Below are positions 46,859 to 59,512 of a stretch of DNA of 64,000 nt, piece after piece. Both the position numbers and the translations under genes were made by a program. The DNA lies in contig MU158684.1 in NCBI GenBank assembly GCA_015711955.1, positions 11,815 through 75,814 of the forward strand, read 5' to 3'. The stretch's first letter is position 1. Every line of letters starts with the position of its first letter. The notes beneath the pieces were generated by a model that did no database searches, had not been told where the DNA came from, and worked only from the letters and a program-made list of their open reading frames with translations. Source of the DNA: Actinomycetota bacterium (lineage in GTDB: Bacteria > Actinomycetota > Geothermincolia > Geothermincolales > RBG-13-55-18).

Positions 46859-47620
46859 ATGGCGAAGTCTTCCTCCGAGCATGAAGGCCCTCTCGGTGAC
46901 GGGCACTGCGGCCCCTCGGCCTCCGATGACGAGATGTATAAAAAACAGGTGGAGGCATTGGCCGAGGTGAGTCGGGCCATCGTCTCCGACCTTTACCTCG
47001 AGGACATCCTCAAGCTCATAGTGATGGTCACTGCCGAGCTTATGGGGTCTAAGATCGTTTCCATAATGCTGCTCGACGAGAAGACCGAGACGCTCCACAC
47101 CAAGGCCACCCAGGCGGTCAGCGAGGCATACCTGAAAAAACCCCCTTTGCCCTTGGGGAAGGGCATCGCCGGCTTGGCGGCCAAAGAGGGCCGACCCATC
47201 CAGGTCCTGGACGTGCGCCAGGATCCCCGCTATTTCAACAAGGAGATAGCGGAACGTGAGAACCTGTGCTCGCTTTTGAGTGTCCCCATGAAAGTGAAGG
47301 GCAAGGTCATCGGCGTGTTGAGCTGTTATACCTCCGCCCCCCACGTCTTCAGCGAGCACGAGGTGAACCTGCTCACCGCCCTGGCCAACCAGGCGGCGGT
47401 GGCCATAGAGAACGCCCAGCTCATGGTGAAGTCCCGCATCATCCAAGAGGAGCTGGAGACCCGTAAGCTGGTGGAGAGGGCCAAGGATATCCTGGCCCGT
47501 AACCTGGGGATTGACGGGGACCGGGCTTACCGACTGATGCAGAAACGCTCCATGGACACCAGGAAGAGCATGAGGGAGATAGCGGAGGCCGTCATCCTCG
47601 CCGACCTGAGCGAGAGATGA
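46859..47620 (+). CDS. GAF-ANTAR RNA-binding antiterminator-type regulator
   Basis: An N-terminal GAF-like domain and a C-terminal ANTAR block ELETRKLVERAKDILARNLGIDGDRAYRLMQKRSMDTRKSMREIAEAVI. Confidence 0.85.
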   Translation: MAKSSSEHEGPLGDGHCGPSASDDEMYKKQVEALAEVSRAIVSDLYLEDILKLIVMVTAELMGSKIVSIMLLDEKTETLHTKATQAVSEAYLKKPPLPLGKGIAGLAAKEGRPIQVLDVRQDPRYFNKEIAERENLCSLLSVPMKVKGKVIGVLSCYTSAPHVFSEHEVNLLTALANQAAVAIENAQLMVKSRIIQEELETRKLVERAKDILARNLGIDGDRAYRLMQKRSMDTRKSMREIAEAVILADLSER

Positions 47621-47649
47621 CGGCCTCCGAGCTATTTAGCGCTAAAGCC

Positions 47650-49230
47650 TCATCCCTTGAGTATTTTCCAGGCCTCCTCCTTGTCAAGCTCCATCACGTA
47701 AGGGATGCCAGATATCTCCGCCGCCTCCTTCGTGAGGGCCGCGATGTCGTCGCGGGTGATGTACTGCAGTGCGAACTTGCGTGCCCCGCACATCAGCTGG
47801 GCCAGGCCCTGGGCCAGCCTCTGGAAATAGGTGTAGACGCCTATGGCCCCGGCGGGCAGCCTGTCGAAGTCCTTGCCCAGCTTCTCCCTGAGCAAGACAC
47901 CCGTGTAGAAGATCTCTTCCATGGTTTTACCGTAACGCTCGAGGTAGACAGGTAAATCGCCCTCCTGGATCCTCTTGCCCACCGTCTTGCCCACCATGGC
48001 TGCGCACAGGGGACCCCTCGCCATGCCGATGGCCTTGACGTAGGGAGCTCCGAGGGCCAGTCCCTTGAAGATTTGGTCCTCGAGGACAAAGCCTCCGGCG
48101 AAGGCGATGGCCGGCACGTATTTGCCCTGTTTGGCAAGGTAATCCACGAACTGGTAGGTCAGACAACAGAGCTCCACCGTGGGTATGCCCCACTCGTTCA
48201 TCATCCTCCAAGGGCTCATCCCCGTCCCGCCCCCGGCGCCGTCTACGGTCAGCAGGTCGATGCGATGGTCCGAGGCGTACTTAACCGCCCGAGCCAGGTC
48301 CACCGGTCGATATGCCCCGGTCTTGAGGAAGATCCTCTTAGCGCCCATTTCCCGCAGTTCCTTGACGCTTTGGGCGAAACCCTCCTCGGTGACCATCCCC
48401 AGCCTGGAATGCCTTTCGAACTCCCTGATGCCGCCGGCGTTGTAGGCCTTGACCACGTCAGGATCGTCTGGGTCAGGAAGGACTATGTAACCTTTCTTTT
48501 TGAGCGAACGGGCCTTGTCGATGGAGCTGACCTTGACCTCGCCGCCGATGTCTTTCGCTCCCTGCCCCCATTTGAGTTCCACCGTCTCCACGCCGAGTTT
48601 GGTTATGACGTACTCGGGCACTCCCAGTTTGGTGTCCTCCACGTTGAACTGGACCACTACTTCGCCGTACCCATCTTGCTGCCACTCCCGGAAACACCGG
48701 ATGCGGTGTTCCATGTCAGGGGATCTCACCACCTTGCCGTTCTTTATCTCCGCCTGGTCGTCCATGCCGCATATGTTCTCCCCCACGGTTAGGACGCATC
48801 CGGAAAGGGCGACTCCGCCCGCCAGGCCCTCCCAGTTCCTCTTGGCCACCATGGTGGAGCCCAACCCGGGAACGACGATGGGGAGCCTCAGTTTTATGGG
48901 GTGTCGGTCGCCGATGGAGCTCTCCAGGTTGACGTTGGTGAATATCGCGTGATCGCTGTCGGCGGGCACGCCGTGGGCGCCTGCGGCGGTGCCCATGATG
49001 CTGAAGTGGGATAGGTCGATGGGGTAATCCTTCTCCGACGCGGCGGTGATTATGCCGAAAGGCTGTGGGTATATGAGTTCGGGTCCTCGATAGGCGGATT
49101 TGCCTATCTCGCACATCCCTATGCATCCCTCCACGCAGGTGGCGCACATTCCGCTGAAGGGGCTTATGCTGTCGGGGGTTCTGTTCTTTGACAGGGTCGC
49201 CGCGGAACGGTTGTACTTGCTCATGGTCAT
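47650..49230 (-). CDS. stand-alone glutamate-synthase FMN-domain (GltB domain 2-like) oxidoreductase with an N-terminal Cys cluster
   Basis: VDGAGGGTGMSP FMN/substrate block, LKWGQGAKDIGGE, and N-terminal CATCVEGCIGMCEIG. No amidotransferase or GXGXG domain. Confidence 0.85.
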   Translation of the reverse strand: MTMSKYNRSAATLSKNRTPDSISPFSGMCATCVEGCIGMCEIGKSAYRGPELIYPQPFGIITAASEKDYPIDLSHFSIMGTAAGAHGVPADSDHAIFTNVNLESSIGDRHPIKLRLPIVVPGLGSTMVAKRNWEGLAGGVALSGCVLTVGENICGMDDQAEIKNGKVVRSPDMEHRIRCFREWQQDGYGEVVVQFNVEDTKLGVPEYVITKLGVETVELKWGQGAKDIGGEVKVSSIDKARSLKKKGYIVLPDPDDPDVVKAYNAGGIREFERHSRLGMVTEEGFAQSVKELREMGAKRIFLKTGAYRPVDLARAVKYASDHRIDLLTVDGAGGGTGMSPWRMMNEWGIPTVELCCLTYQFVDYLAKQGKYVPAIAFAGGFVLEDQIFKGLALGAPYVKAIGMARGPLCAAMVGKTVGKRIQEGDLPVYLERYGKTMEEIFYTGVLLREKLGKDFDRLPAGAIGVYTYFQRLAQGLAQLMCGARKFALQYITRDDIAALTKEAAEISGIPYVMELDKEEAWKILKG

Positions 49231-49253
49231 GGCTCAGATTCCTCCTCTCCTGA

Positions 49254-49877
49254 TCAGTCCTTGCTGGGAAATGCTTCTATTTGCACCGTGTCTAGGCAGG
49301 AATTGCAGAGTTGGCCGGGTCTCAACGGTCCCGGGCAAGGGAGCTCGCATACGGGACACACGTAAAGACAGGCACCGCATTCCCGGCATTCCTCGGAGCG
49401 GGAGTGGAAGGGCATGGCCACTTCCCTCTGCGTGCCCCGGTTGGCGAAGCCTATGGCACCGGCCTGCATCTGTTCCTTGCACATGCGGACGCAAAGACCG
49501 CACAGGATGCACCCTCTGTCCTCGGGCCTGAACCTGATCTTGGTGACGCCGTACTTGCTGGCCAAACATTGCAAGGTCCGGGAATTTGGGCAGGAGGCCA
49601 GCAGCAGTTCTATGATGACCTTGCGGGCCCTCCTTACCTTCTCCGAATTGGTCCGGACCTCAATGCCTTCCTGGACGGGATAAGAGCATGAGGCGGATAG
49701 CCTGGAGCGCCCACCCCGGATGATCTCGACTATGCAGAGGCGGCAGGAACTGTAAGGCGTTAGCCCCTCCATGTAACACAGGGTGGGGATCTCTATGCCG
49801 TAGTGCCTGGCTGTCTCCAATACCGTCCATCCTTTTTCGGCTTCCACCGAACGCCCATCGATGACAAACCTGACCAT
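49254..49877 (-). CDS. 2Fe-2S plus 2x[4Fe-4S] electron-transfer protein (truncated NuoG/HydA N-terminal-like)
   Basis: FVIDGRSVEAEKGWTVLETARHYGIEIPTLCY...SCRLCIVE (Fer2_4-like), then CILCGLCVRMC and CRECGACLYVCPVC. Confidence 0.8.
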   Translation of the reverse strand: MVRFVIDGRSVEAEKGWTVLETARHYGIEIPTLCYMEGLTPYSSCRLCIVEIIRGGRSRLSASCSYPVQEGIEVRTNSEKVRRARKVIIELLLASCPNSRTLQCLASKYGVTKIRFRPEDRGCILCGLCVRMCKEQMQAGAIGFANRGTQREVAMPFHSRSEECRECGACLYVCPVCELPCPGPLRPGQLCNSCLDTVQIEAFPSKD

Positions 49878-49881
49878 ACTA

Positions 49882-51741
49882 TCACTTCCTTACCACCGCT
49901 TGGAATTCGCAAACCTCGAGGCAAATACCGCATTTCTCGCACTTTTCCCCTATGACGTGATGAGGTTTCTTCTTCTCCCCGCTTATGGCTCCCACCGGGC
50001 AGGCCTTCTTGCATCTCATACATCCGGTGCACTTGTCTTGGTCGATGGAATAACTCACCAGTGCTTTGCACACGCCGGCGCGGCATTTCCTCTCCAAGAT
50101 GTGTTCCCTGTATTCCTCTCCGAAGTACCTGAGGGTGGAAAGCACGGGATTGGCGGCCGTTTGGCCGAGGCCGCAAAGGGAGGTGTCCCTCATCACCTCG
50201 GCGAGCTCCTGAAGTATCTCCAGCTGTTCGGGGCTTCCTTGGCCTCCGGTTATGTCGTCCAAGATATAGAGCATCTGCTTCAGCCCCTCCCTGCAGGGAA
50301 CGCACTTGCCGCAAGACTCACCGCAGAGGAAGTCCACGAAGAAGCGGGCGATGTCCACCATGCAGGTGCCCTCGTCCATCACTATCATGCCGCCGGAACC
50401 CATCATGGACCCCACGTCGTAGAGGCTGTCGAAATCCACCGGCGTGTCGAGAAGTTGTTCCGGGATACACCCCCCGGAGGGACCCCCAGTCTGAACCGCT
50501 TTGAACCTTTTTCCGTTGGGCATCCCCCCACCGATGTCGAAGATGATCTCGCGGAGAGAGATTCCCATGGGCACCTCCACCAGACCGGTGTTCCTTATCT
50601 TGCCCACCAGGGAGAAGATCTTTGTTCCCTTGCTCCGTTCCGTTCCCAGTTTCGCGTATTCCTCGGCGCCCATGTTGATGATGACGGGGACGTTTGCCCA
50701 CGTCTCCACGTTGTTGAGGTTGGTGGGCCTGTCGTATAGGCCCCTCTCTGCGGTGTGGATGTGCTTCACTCGGGGCTCGCCGAGACGGCCCTCGATGGAA
50801 GCCATGAGGGCGGTGGACTCACCGCACACGAAGGCGCCGCCCCCAATGCTCACGTGAACATCGAAGTCGAAGCCGGAGCCCATGATGTCCTTGCCGAGAA
50901 AACCCATCTCGCGGGCCTGCTCGATGGCGGTGTAGAGGTTCTCCACCGCCAAAGGGTACTCGTGCCTCACGTACACGTAGCCCTCGCAGGCCCCTATGGC
51001 GTAAGCGCCGATGATCATTCCCTCCAGGACCAGTTGTGGGTTTCCCTCCAGAAGGCTTCGGTCCATGTAGGCTCCGGGGTCTCCCTCGTCCGCGTTGCAG
51101 AGGACGTACTTGATGCCGTCCCGGGATCGGGCCCGTCGGGTGGCAGCCCACTTTTCGGCGGTAGGGAAACCGGCTCCTCCCCTTCCTCTGAGACCGGCCC
51201 TTCTCACCTCTTCTATGATCTGCTCCGGCTCCATCCGGAAAAGGGCCTTGGAGAGGGCGGAATAACCGCCTATGGCGATGTAATCATCGATGTTCTTGGG
51301 ATCCACGCTCTCGTTCATCCCTAAAAGGAGGCGCACCTGTTTTTTGTAGAACGGCACCTCGGACATGGTAAGACAGGCATCCCCGGACCTGGGGTCCACA
51401 TAGAGCTTCTCCCTTACGATTTCTCCGTCCAGGAGGGTCTTGGTTATTAGGTCCCTCACCTCCCCGACCTTTACCCGCGTATAGAAAATGTCTTGAGGCT
51501 TGACTATCATGATGGGTCCCATCTCGCAGAACCCGTGGCAGCCCGTGTACCTCAGGGCTACCCGGTCTTGGATCCCCAGTTCCTCGAAGACCTTCCTCGT
51601 CTCCTCGTATACGGCGTTACAGCCCTGAGCCCTGCAGCCCGTACCCCCGCACAAGATCAAGACGCGTTCATATCGGCGCCGCTCATCCGCCAGATTTTTC
51701 CTGAGTTCTTCCAAAGCCGCGGGCGTCTCTATCCTAACCAT
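49882..51741 (-). CDS. NuoF-like NADH-binding flavoprotein, HydB/BfuB architecture (N-terminal 2Fe-2S thioredoxin-like domain, C-terminal 2x[4Fe-4S])
   Basis: LILCGGTGC...GCHGFCEMGP; GRGGAGFPTAEKW; NADEGDPGAYMD; ESCGKCVPCREG; C-terminal CTGCMRCKKACP and CEKCGICLEVC. Confidence 0.9.
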   Translation of the reverse strand: MVRIETPAALEELRKNLADERRRYERVLILCGGTGCRAQGCNAVYEETRKVFEELGIQDRVALRYTGCHGFCEMGPIMIVKPQDIFYTRVKVGEVRDLITKTLLDGEIVREKLYVDPRSGDACLTMSEVPFYKKQVRLLLGMNESVDPKNIDDYIAIGGYSALSKALFRMEPEQIIEEVRRAGLRGRGGAGFPTAEKWAATRRARSRDGIKYVLCNADEGDPGAYMDRSLLEGNPQLVLEGMIIGAYAIGACEGYVYVRHEYPLAVENLYTAIEQAREMGFLGKDIMGSGFDFDVHVSIGGGAFVCGESTALMASIEGRLGEPRVKHIHTAERGLYDRPTNLNNVETWANVPVIINMGAEEYAKLGTERSKGTKIFSLVGKIRNTGLVEVPMGISLREIIFDIGGGMPNGKRFKAVQTGGPSGGCIPEQLLDTPVDFDSLYDVGSMMGSGGMIVMDEGTCMVDIARFFVDFLCGESCGKCVPCREGLKQMLYILDDITGGQGSPEQLEILQELAEVMRDTSLCGLGQTAANPVLSTLRYFGEEYREHILERKCRAGVCKALVSYSIDQDKCTGCMRCKKACPVGAISGEKKKPHHVIGEKCEKCGICLEVCEFQAVVRK

Positions 51742-51742
51742 G

Positions 51743-52216
51743 TCAGTCCTTTCCCTCCCCCTCCATCAGCCGCTGGACTATTTTTTTCGCTCGAGCCGGG
51801 GTGACCTCGCCGAGATATTCCCCGTCTATGATCACCACCGGGCCTAAGGCACAGGCTCCGACGCAGTTGACAGTTTCCAGGGAGAACATCATGTCGTCCG
51901 TGGTCTGTCCTGGCTCGATGCCAAGGCAGCGTCGAAGCTCGTCCAGCACGCCTTGGGAATTCCTCACGTGGCAGGCGGTGCCCATGCAGCAGGTGATGGT
52001 ATGTTTGCCCTTGGGCTCCAGGGAGAAGGCCTTGAAGAAGGTGGCCACGCCGTAAAGGTCCGTCATGGGTATGCCCATGGCCTTTGATATGTTTCGCAGC
52101 GCCTTCTCCGGAAGGTAATGATATTCCCGCTGAGTCTCGTGGAGAATCTGTATCAGGCAGCTTCTCCTCCCCCCGTATTTCTCGACCGCAGCAAGTTCAG
52201 GCGCCTTCTGCTCCAT
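51743..52216 (-). CDS. NuoE-like 2Fe-2S thioredoxin-fold subunit (HydC/BfuC-like)
   Basis: ITCCMGTACHV...VNCVGACALGP. The track start is the TTG at 52237, but the ATG at 52216 follows GGAGGAGG. Confidence 0.85.
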   Translation of the reverse strand: MEQKAPELAAVEKYGGRRSCLIQILHETQREYHYLPEKALRNISKAMGIPMTDLYGVATFFKAFSLEPKGKHTITCCMGTACHVRNSQGVLDELRRCLGIEPGQTTDDMMFSLETVNCVGACALGPVVIIDGEYLGEVTPARAKKIVQRLMEGEGKD

Positions 52217-52240
52217 CGCCTCCTCCAAATCTCTCAAGTC

Positions 52241-52290
52241 CTCAAGAAAATAAAGAGACGATCATCCTCTCCGGACAGCATCGTCTCTTT
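52241..52290 (-). terminator. intrinsic-terminator-like hairpin inside the 5' leader of the nuoE-like operon (attenuator candidate)
   Basis: The minus-strand RNA reads AAAGAGACGAU - 17-nt loop - AUCGUCUCUUU (11-bp perfect stem) followed by AUUUUCUU, ending about 25 nt before the ATG. Confidence 0.55.
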
Positions 52291-52322
52291 CGTCGCACCC
52301 CGTTGTGCGCAGTTTGCAGGAA

Positions 52323-52352
52323 ATTGTATCCGCTCGTCGTCGGGCGCGTCAA
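52323..52352 (-). promoter_or_regulatory. sigma70-like promoter (TTGACG - 18 nt - TACAAT) for the nuoE-like operon
   Basis: On the minus strand, -35 is at 52352-52347 and -10 at 52328-52323. This predicts a leader of about 100 nt that contains the terminator hairpin. Confidence 0.5.
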
Positions 52353-52659
52353 CCATTCTCTCGCATGGCTTCGATGTTGGCTTTGGGATCTGACTCTGAC
52401 CCAAAGGCCAGGACGCGCAGACCCTCCACTTCGTCCGATCACTTCGTCCGATCAAGGTCGGGATGGTAAAGATTGGATAAACATCTATTGTGTAGGACGC
52501 CTTTTGACAAAGGGAGTGCCCCTCTCATAAAACGTCTCGACGTCCGACCCCAGACCTCAGCGTCGATTTGCGTTATCCGAGAAGTCCCGTTTTGGCGTGT
52601 CGGGCGATCGTGGGCGCGGGATGCCCGATCACGGGCCGTGGGCACATTGATGTTTCATC

Positions 52660-52688
52660 TTCCCAACCACGGGACGGGACCCTATAAT
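52660..52688 (+). promoter_or_regulatory. promoter candidate for carAB (TTCCCA - 17 nt - TATAAT)
   Basis: A perfect -10 at 52683-52688, 38 nt upstream of the carA ATG. The -35 is weak. Confidence 0.4.
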
Positions 52689-52726
52689 ACACCGAAGAAC
52701 ATGGGCCGAGAGGGAAATACACGAGG

Positions 52727-53863
52727 ATGGACAGAGCGATAATCCTGCTGGAAGACGGAAAACACTTCACGGGAAAGCCCTTCGGGGCAAGGGGCCTGAG
52801 GACGGGAGAGATAGTCTTCAACACCAGCATGACCGGTTACCAGGAGATCCTCACCGACCCCTCCTATAAGGGCCAGATCGTGACTATGACCTATCCCCTC
52901 ATCGGGAATTACGGCGTGAACGCCGAGGACGAGGAGTCCGTTGGACCCCAGGTGGAGGGTTTCGTGGTGAAGGAGTGCTGCCGGAGGCCCTCCAATTGGC
53001 GGGCCACCCACACCCTGGACGAATATCTCAAGGAACACGGGGTGGTGGGCGTGGAGGACGTAGATACCAGGGCCCTCACCAGGCACATCCGCTCGGTGGG
53101 GGCCATGAAATGCGTCATCTGCAACGAGGACGCTGAGCTGCGCGAACTACGGCAGATTCTGGAAAGGGCGCCTGGCATCGTGGGGAGAGACCTGGTGAGG
53201 GAGGTCACCTGCGCCGAACCATATCGCTGGGAGCCGGAGCCCCTCCCCCCTATGGGGAGGGGCGTTTTTCCAATGGTGGAAAGAACGGACCCCCCACTTC
53301 AAGTGGTGGCCTACGACTGCGGTATTAAGAAGAACATACTGCGCATCCTCTCCGCTTTGGGTTGCGAGGTGTGGGTGGTGCCTGCGGGGACCACCGCCGA
53401 AGAGGCCCTTTCTTACCAACCGGACGGCATCTTCGTCTCCAATGGACCGGGAGACCCAGCTGGCGTCCCTTACGTGGCGGCAGAGATCCAAAAACTGCTC
53501 GGCAGGAAGCCCATTTTCGGGATCTGCCTCGGCCACCAGCTGCTGGGCATGGCCATGGGCGGCAAGACCTTCAAGTTAAAGTTCGGCCATCGAGGGGCCA
53601 ACCAGCCGGTCAAGGACCTGGTTCGCGGTAATATCCTCATAACATCCCAGAATCACGGGTTCTGTGTGGACATAGAAAGCCTGGGTGGCCAGGCGGAACT
53701 CACTTTCGTGAACCTGAACGACGGGACCTTGGAGGGCATGCGCCATCGAGAGTTCCCCGCCTACTCGGTCCAGTTCCATCCGGAGGATTCCCCGGGACCT
53801 CACGATGCCGTTTACCTTTTCGGTGATTTCATAAGGGACATGATGAAGGCCAGGGGTGAGTAG
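52727..53863 (+). CDS. carA: carbamoyl-phosphate synthase small (glutaminase) subunit
   Basis: [21 protein letters not shown]..., catalytic GICLGHQLL, and a C-terminal HPE. Confidence 0.95.
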   Translation: MDRAIILLEDGKHFTGKPFGARGLRTGEIVFNTSMTGYQEILTDPSYKGQIVTMTYPLIGNYGVNAEDEESVGPQVEGFVVKECCRRPSNWRATHTLDEYLKEHGVVGVEDVDTRALTRHIRSVGAMKCVICNEDAELRELRQILERAPGIVGRDLVREVTCAEPYRWEPEPLPPMGRGVFPMVERTDPPLQVVAYDCGIKKNILRILSALGCEVWVVPAGTTAEEALSYQPDGIFVSNGPGDPAGVPYVAAEIQKLLGRKPIFGICLGHQLLGMAMGGKTFKLKFGHRGANQPVKDLVRGNILITSQNHGFCVDIESLGGQAELTFVNLNDGTLEGMRHREFPAYSVQFHPEDSPGPHDAVYLFGDFIRDMMKARGE

Positions 53864-53864
53864 G

Positions 53865-57137
<3,273 letters not shown>

Positions 57138-57166
57138 AAGGCGTACTAAAACAGGGAATAAAGCCA

Positions 57167-57682
57167 TCACCTTGGGTTTATCGCCCTGCTGAAGGCCGTA
57201 GAGCTTTCCTCGTCAAAATACTCGATGCTGAAGCGATAACCTAAATCTTTCCAGTTAGCGGGAACGTTGTCCCCCCAGAAGGTAAGAATGATTCGCCTGC
57301 TGGCTCCCTTCGGGATGCGGGTGGAGGAACCGGGCGCCTCCTCGCAAAAAGAATTGACGTTCATAGGGGCATAGGTTTGATGGGAAGTTGAAGGGGCAGC
57401 ACCGTAAAGGCTATGGCTTACGACCAGCTGAAAACCGTGGGGATTCACCTGGGCCTCGCGGTCGCCGGTATTTCGGAGGTTTAACTCTACCTGGAACCTC
57501 TTTCCATCCGGGGCCATTACCTCTTCGAAGCTGATCACCTCCAACTTAAGGCTGGGCCTTCCCACCACTTCTCCGGCCACCCTCACCCCCAGGCTCTCCT
57601 TGCCCGCAGCGAAGACCCAGGCGCCAAGGACCAAAAGAACGAAAGGGAAGATAAGTGTTAAAAATATCCTGGATAGACGCAC
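57167..57682 (-). CDS. membrane-anchored/secreted hypothetical protein (possible DUF4352-like beta-sandwich)
   Basis: N-terminal hydrophobic anchor IFLTLIFPFVLLVLGAWVFA, with the rest looking beta-rich. GTG start. Family assignment is tentative. Confidence 0.5.
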   Translation of the reverse strand: MRLSRIFLTLIFPFVLLVLGAWVFAAGKESLGVRVAGEVVGRPSLKLEVISFEEVMAPDGKRFQVELNLRNTGDREAQVNPHGFQLVVSHSLYGAAPSTSHQTYAPMNVNSFCEEAPGSSTRIPKGASRRIILTFWGDNVPANWKDLGYRFSIEYFDEESSTAFSRAINPR

Positions 57683-57798
57683 CAGCCACCCCTTTGGTCT
57701 TTAACGTCCTTTTATGCCTTTTTGATACCGGCTCGAGGTGATTATAATTCAAAAGAGGGTTTTGACCAACCGCTAAATTTAATCGCGGGGGGAACGAG

Positions 57799-59502
57799 AT
57801 GGCTGGCCATAGATATTACCTTCGAGTAACCCTTTCCGTCATCTTTGTCTTGACCTTCCTGTGCCTGCAGTTCCCCGGCAGGGTTGAGGGTATGGCGAGC
57901 GCCCCGCAGAATGCCCCTTCCGGGGCGCAGCCTCGGATAAAACACGTGATCCGTCCCACTTTGGGATGTCCCTCTTTCGTCCTAGCGGGAAGTCAGCTGA
58001 AGGTAGACGTGTCCCTCGGAATGACGCTTCCCGATCATCCATATCGCTTCAAGGCGTTCATCACCACCTCCAATGACCCCATACCTATGACCTTAGGCCT
58101 GGAGTTCGAGTCGATGGAGGCGAAAGGAGGTGGGGTTGTCACTCTCGCGTTCCGTGTCCCCGGAGATGCTCCCGAGGACCTTTACGACCTCGAGGTCGTG
58201 CTGGAGTCCCAGGATGGCGTACTACTACGCGATGGGCAGCCTCACGCGGTGAAGGTGCTCAGGCACTTGGATGACGACCTGATTTTAGTCCACTTCACGG
58301 ATACCCAGATTGGAGACCTTCTGAGCGCGGCTAACAACCCTTCCGAATCACTTCCCAACTGGATCACAAGCGCCCCATTCAAAGATCACTGGAAATACTT
58401 ACACAGAGCCATTGACATCATAAACCTGATCAAGCCAGATCTGGTCATCTTGACCGGCGACTTGGTGTACGGCCAACTTTATTTTGGCGAGTATCCTAGG
58501 GAGTACGATTTCATCTACCGTTATCTCCTCCGTTTCGATGTACCGGTGTTCGTGGCGCCAGGAAACCACGACTCCTATAGACAGGCGGAGGATGACGGAA
58601 AGGAGTATTTTCGAAGTCTCCTGGGGCCCACCCAATATTCTTTCGACTATGGACCCATACGTTTCGTGGCCGTGGACACGTACGACTGGCCGGAAATCGA
58701 CCGCTCCGGCTACGGCCTTTTGGTATCCACCTGGGGCGGCCAAGTGAGCAGACGCCAATTGCGCTGGCTTGAGGAGGAGCTCAGGGCCCATGCCCAAAGT
58801 GCCATGCGGGTGATTTTCTGTCATCACAGCCCTGATGACACTTCAGAGTGGCCGCTTTGGGCATGGAGGATCTGTCTTGCGGCTGCCTACCCCTTCCCTC
58901 AGCTTTATTTGAGGTTTCTGTTCGGACTCCTCTATGACCAAGAATGGGTGGGTGAGGGCAGGAGAGAGTTTTTGAGCTTGCTGGAGAGGGGAAAGGTGGA
59001 CCTCTTGCTTGCGGGGCACGTGCATCACGATCGAGTCTCCCGGGACATCAACCGCTACGGGACCGATGTGGTGACCACCACCAGCGCCTCCTTCAACGTG
59101 AAGCCGGGGAAGGCCTATCCAGGATTCAGGGTCGTGACCATACGCGACGGCGTGGTGGTGGATTACGGTTATATGGGCGACTGGTCTCATCCGATATATT
59201 CGAACGGTTTTCCACCTTCTGCCAACCTCGCCCAACAGTTTGAACCCGCCCTTTACGCCACCATAAGTGATGGAAGCGGCGGGGAAGTTCCCTCCAAAGA
59301 GCTCTTGGTCGTCAACCGCTATCTGGAACCCGTTCCCGTGAACGCGGAGTTCGTGCTTCCCGCTGGCAGAGAGTATCGGGTTTCGGGAGGCGAGGTGTGG
59401 CAAATAAGCCCAAGAGGAGACTGGACGGTGCTATACGTCCGTTCGCAGGTTGACGCGACGTCCACTCTCAAGGTCTCGGTTCACAGCGTGAAATCTCCCT
59501 AA
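57799..59502 (+). CDS. secreted calcineurin-like metallophosphoesterase
   Basis: Signal peptide, then HFTDTQIGD, TGDLVYG, APGNHD, CHHSP and GHVHHD metallophosphatase motifs. Confidence 0.8.
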   Translation: MAGHRYYLRVTLSVIFVLTFLCLQFPGRVEGMASAPQNAPSGAQPRIKHVIRPTLGCPSFVLAGSQLKVDVSLGMTLPDHPYRFKAFITTSNDPIPMTLGLEFESMEAKGGGVVTLAFRVPGDAPEDLYDLEVVLESQDGVLLRDGQPHAVKVLRHLDDDLILVHFTDTQIGDLLSAANNPSESLPNWITSAPFKDHWKYLHRAIDIINLIKPDLVILTGDLVYGQLYFGEYPREYDFIYRYLLRFDVPVFVAPGNHDSYRQAEDDGKEYFRSLLGPTQYSFDYGPIRFVAVDTYDWPEIDRSGYGLLVSTWGGQVSRRQLRWLEEELRAHAQSAMRVIFCHHSPDDTSEWPLWAWRICLAAAYPFPQLYLRFLFGLLYDQEWVGEGRREFLSLLERGKVDLLLAGHVHHDRVSRDINRYGTDVVTTTSASFNVKPGKAYPGFRVVTIRDGVVVDYGYMGDWSHPIYSNGFPPSANLAQQFEPALYATISDGSGGEVPSKELLVVNRYLEPVPVNAEFVLPAGREYRVSGGEVWQISPRGDWTVLYVRSQVDATSTLKVSVHSVKSP

Positions 59503-59512
59503 AGGTTCCTCC

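Noticed and set aside
52241-52293. A second ANTAR hexaloop hairpin overlapping the terminator's 5' arm.
   Set aside because: I enumerated every A-x-x-G-x-x hexamer in this stretch, and none has complementary flanks. The ANTAR link therefore rests on one hairpin plus gene proximity.
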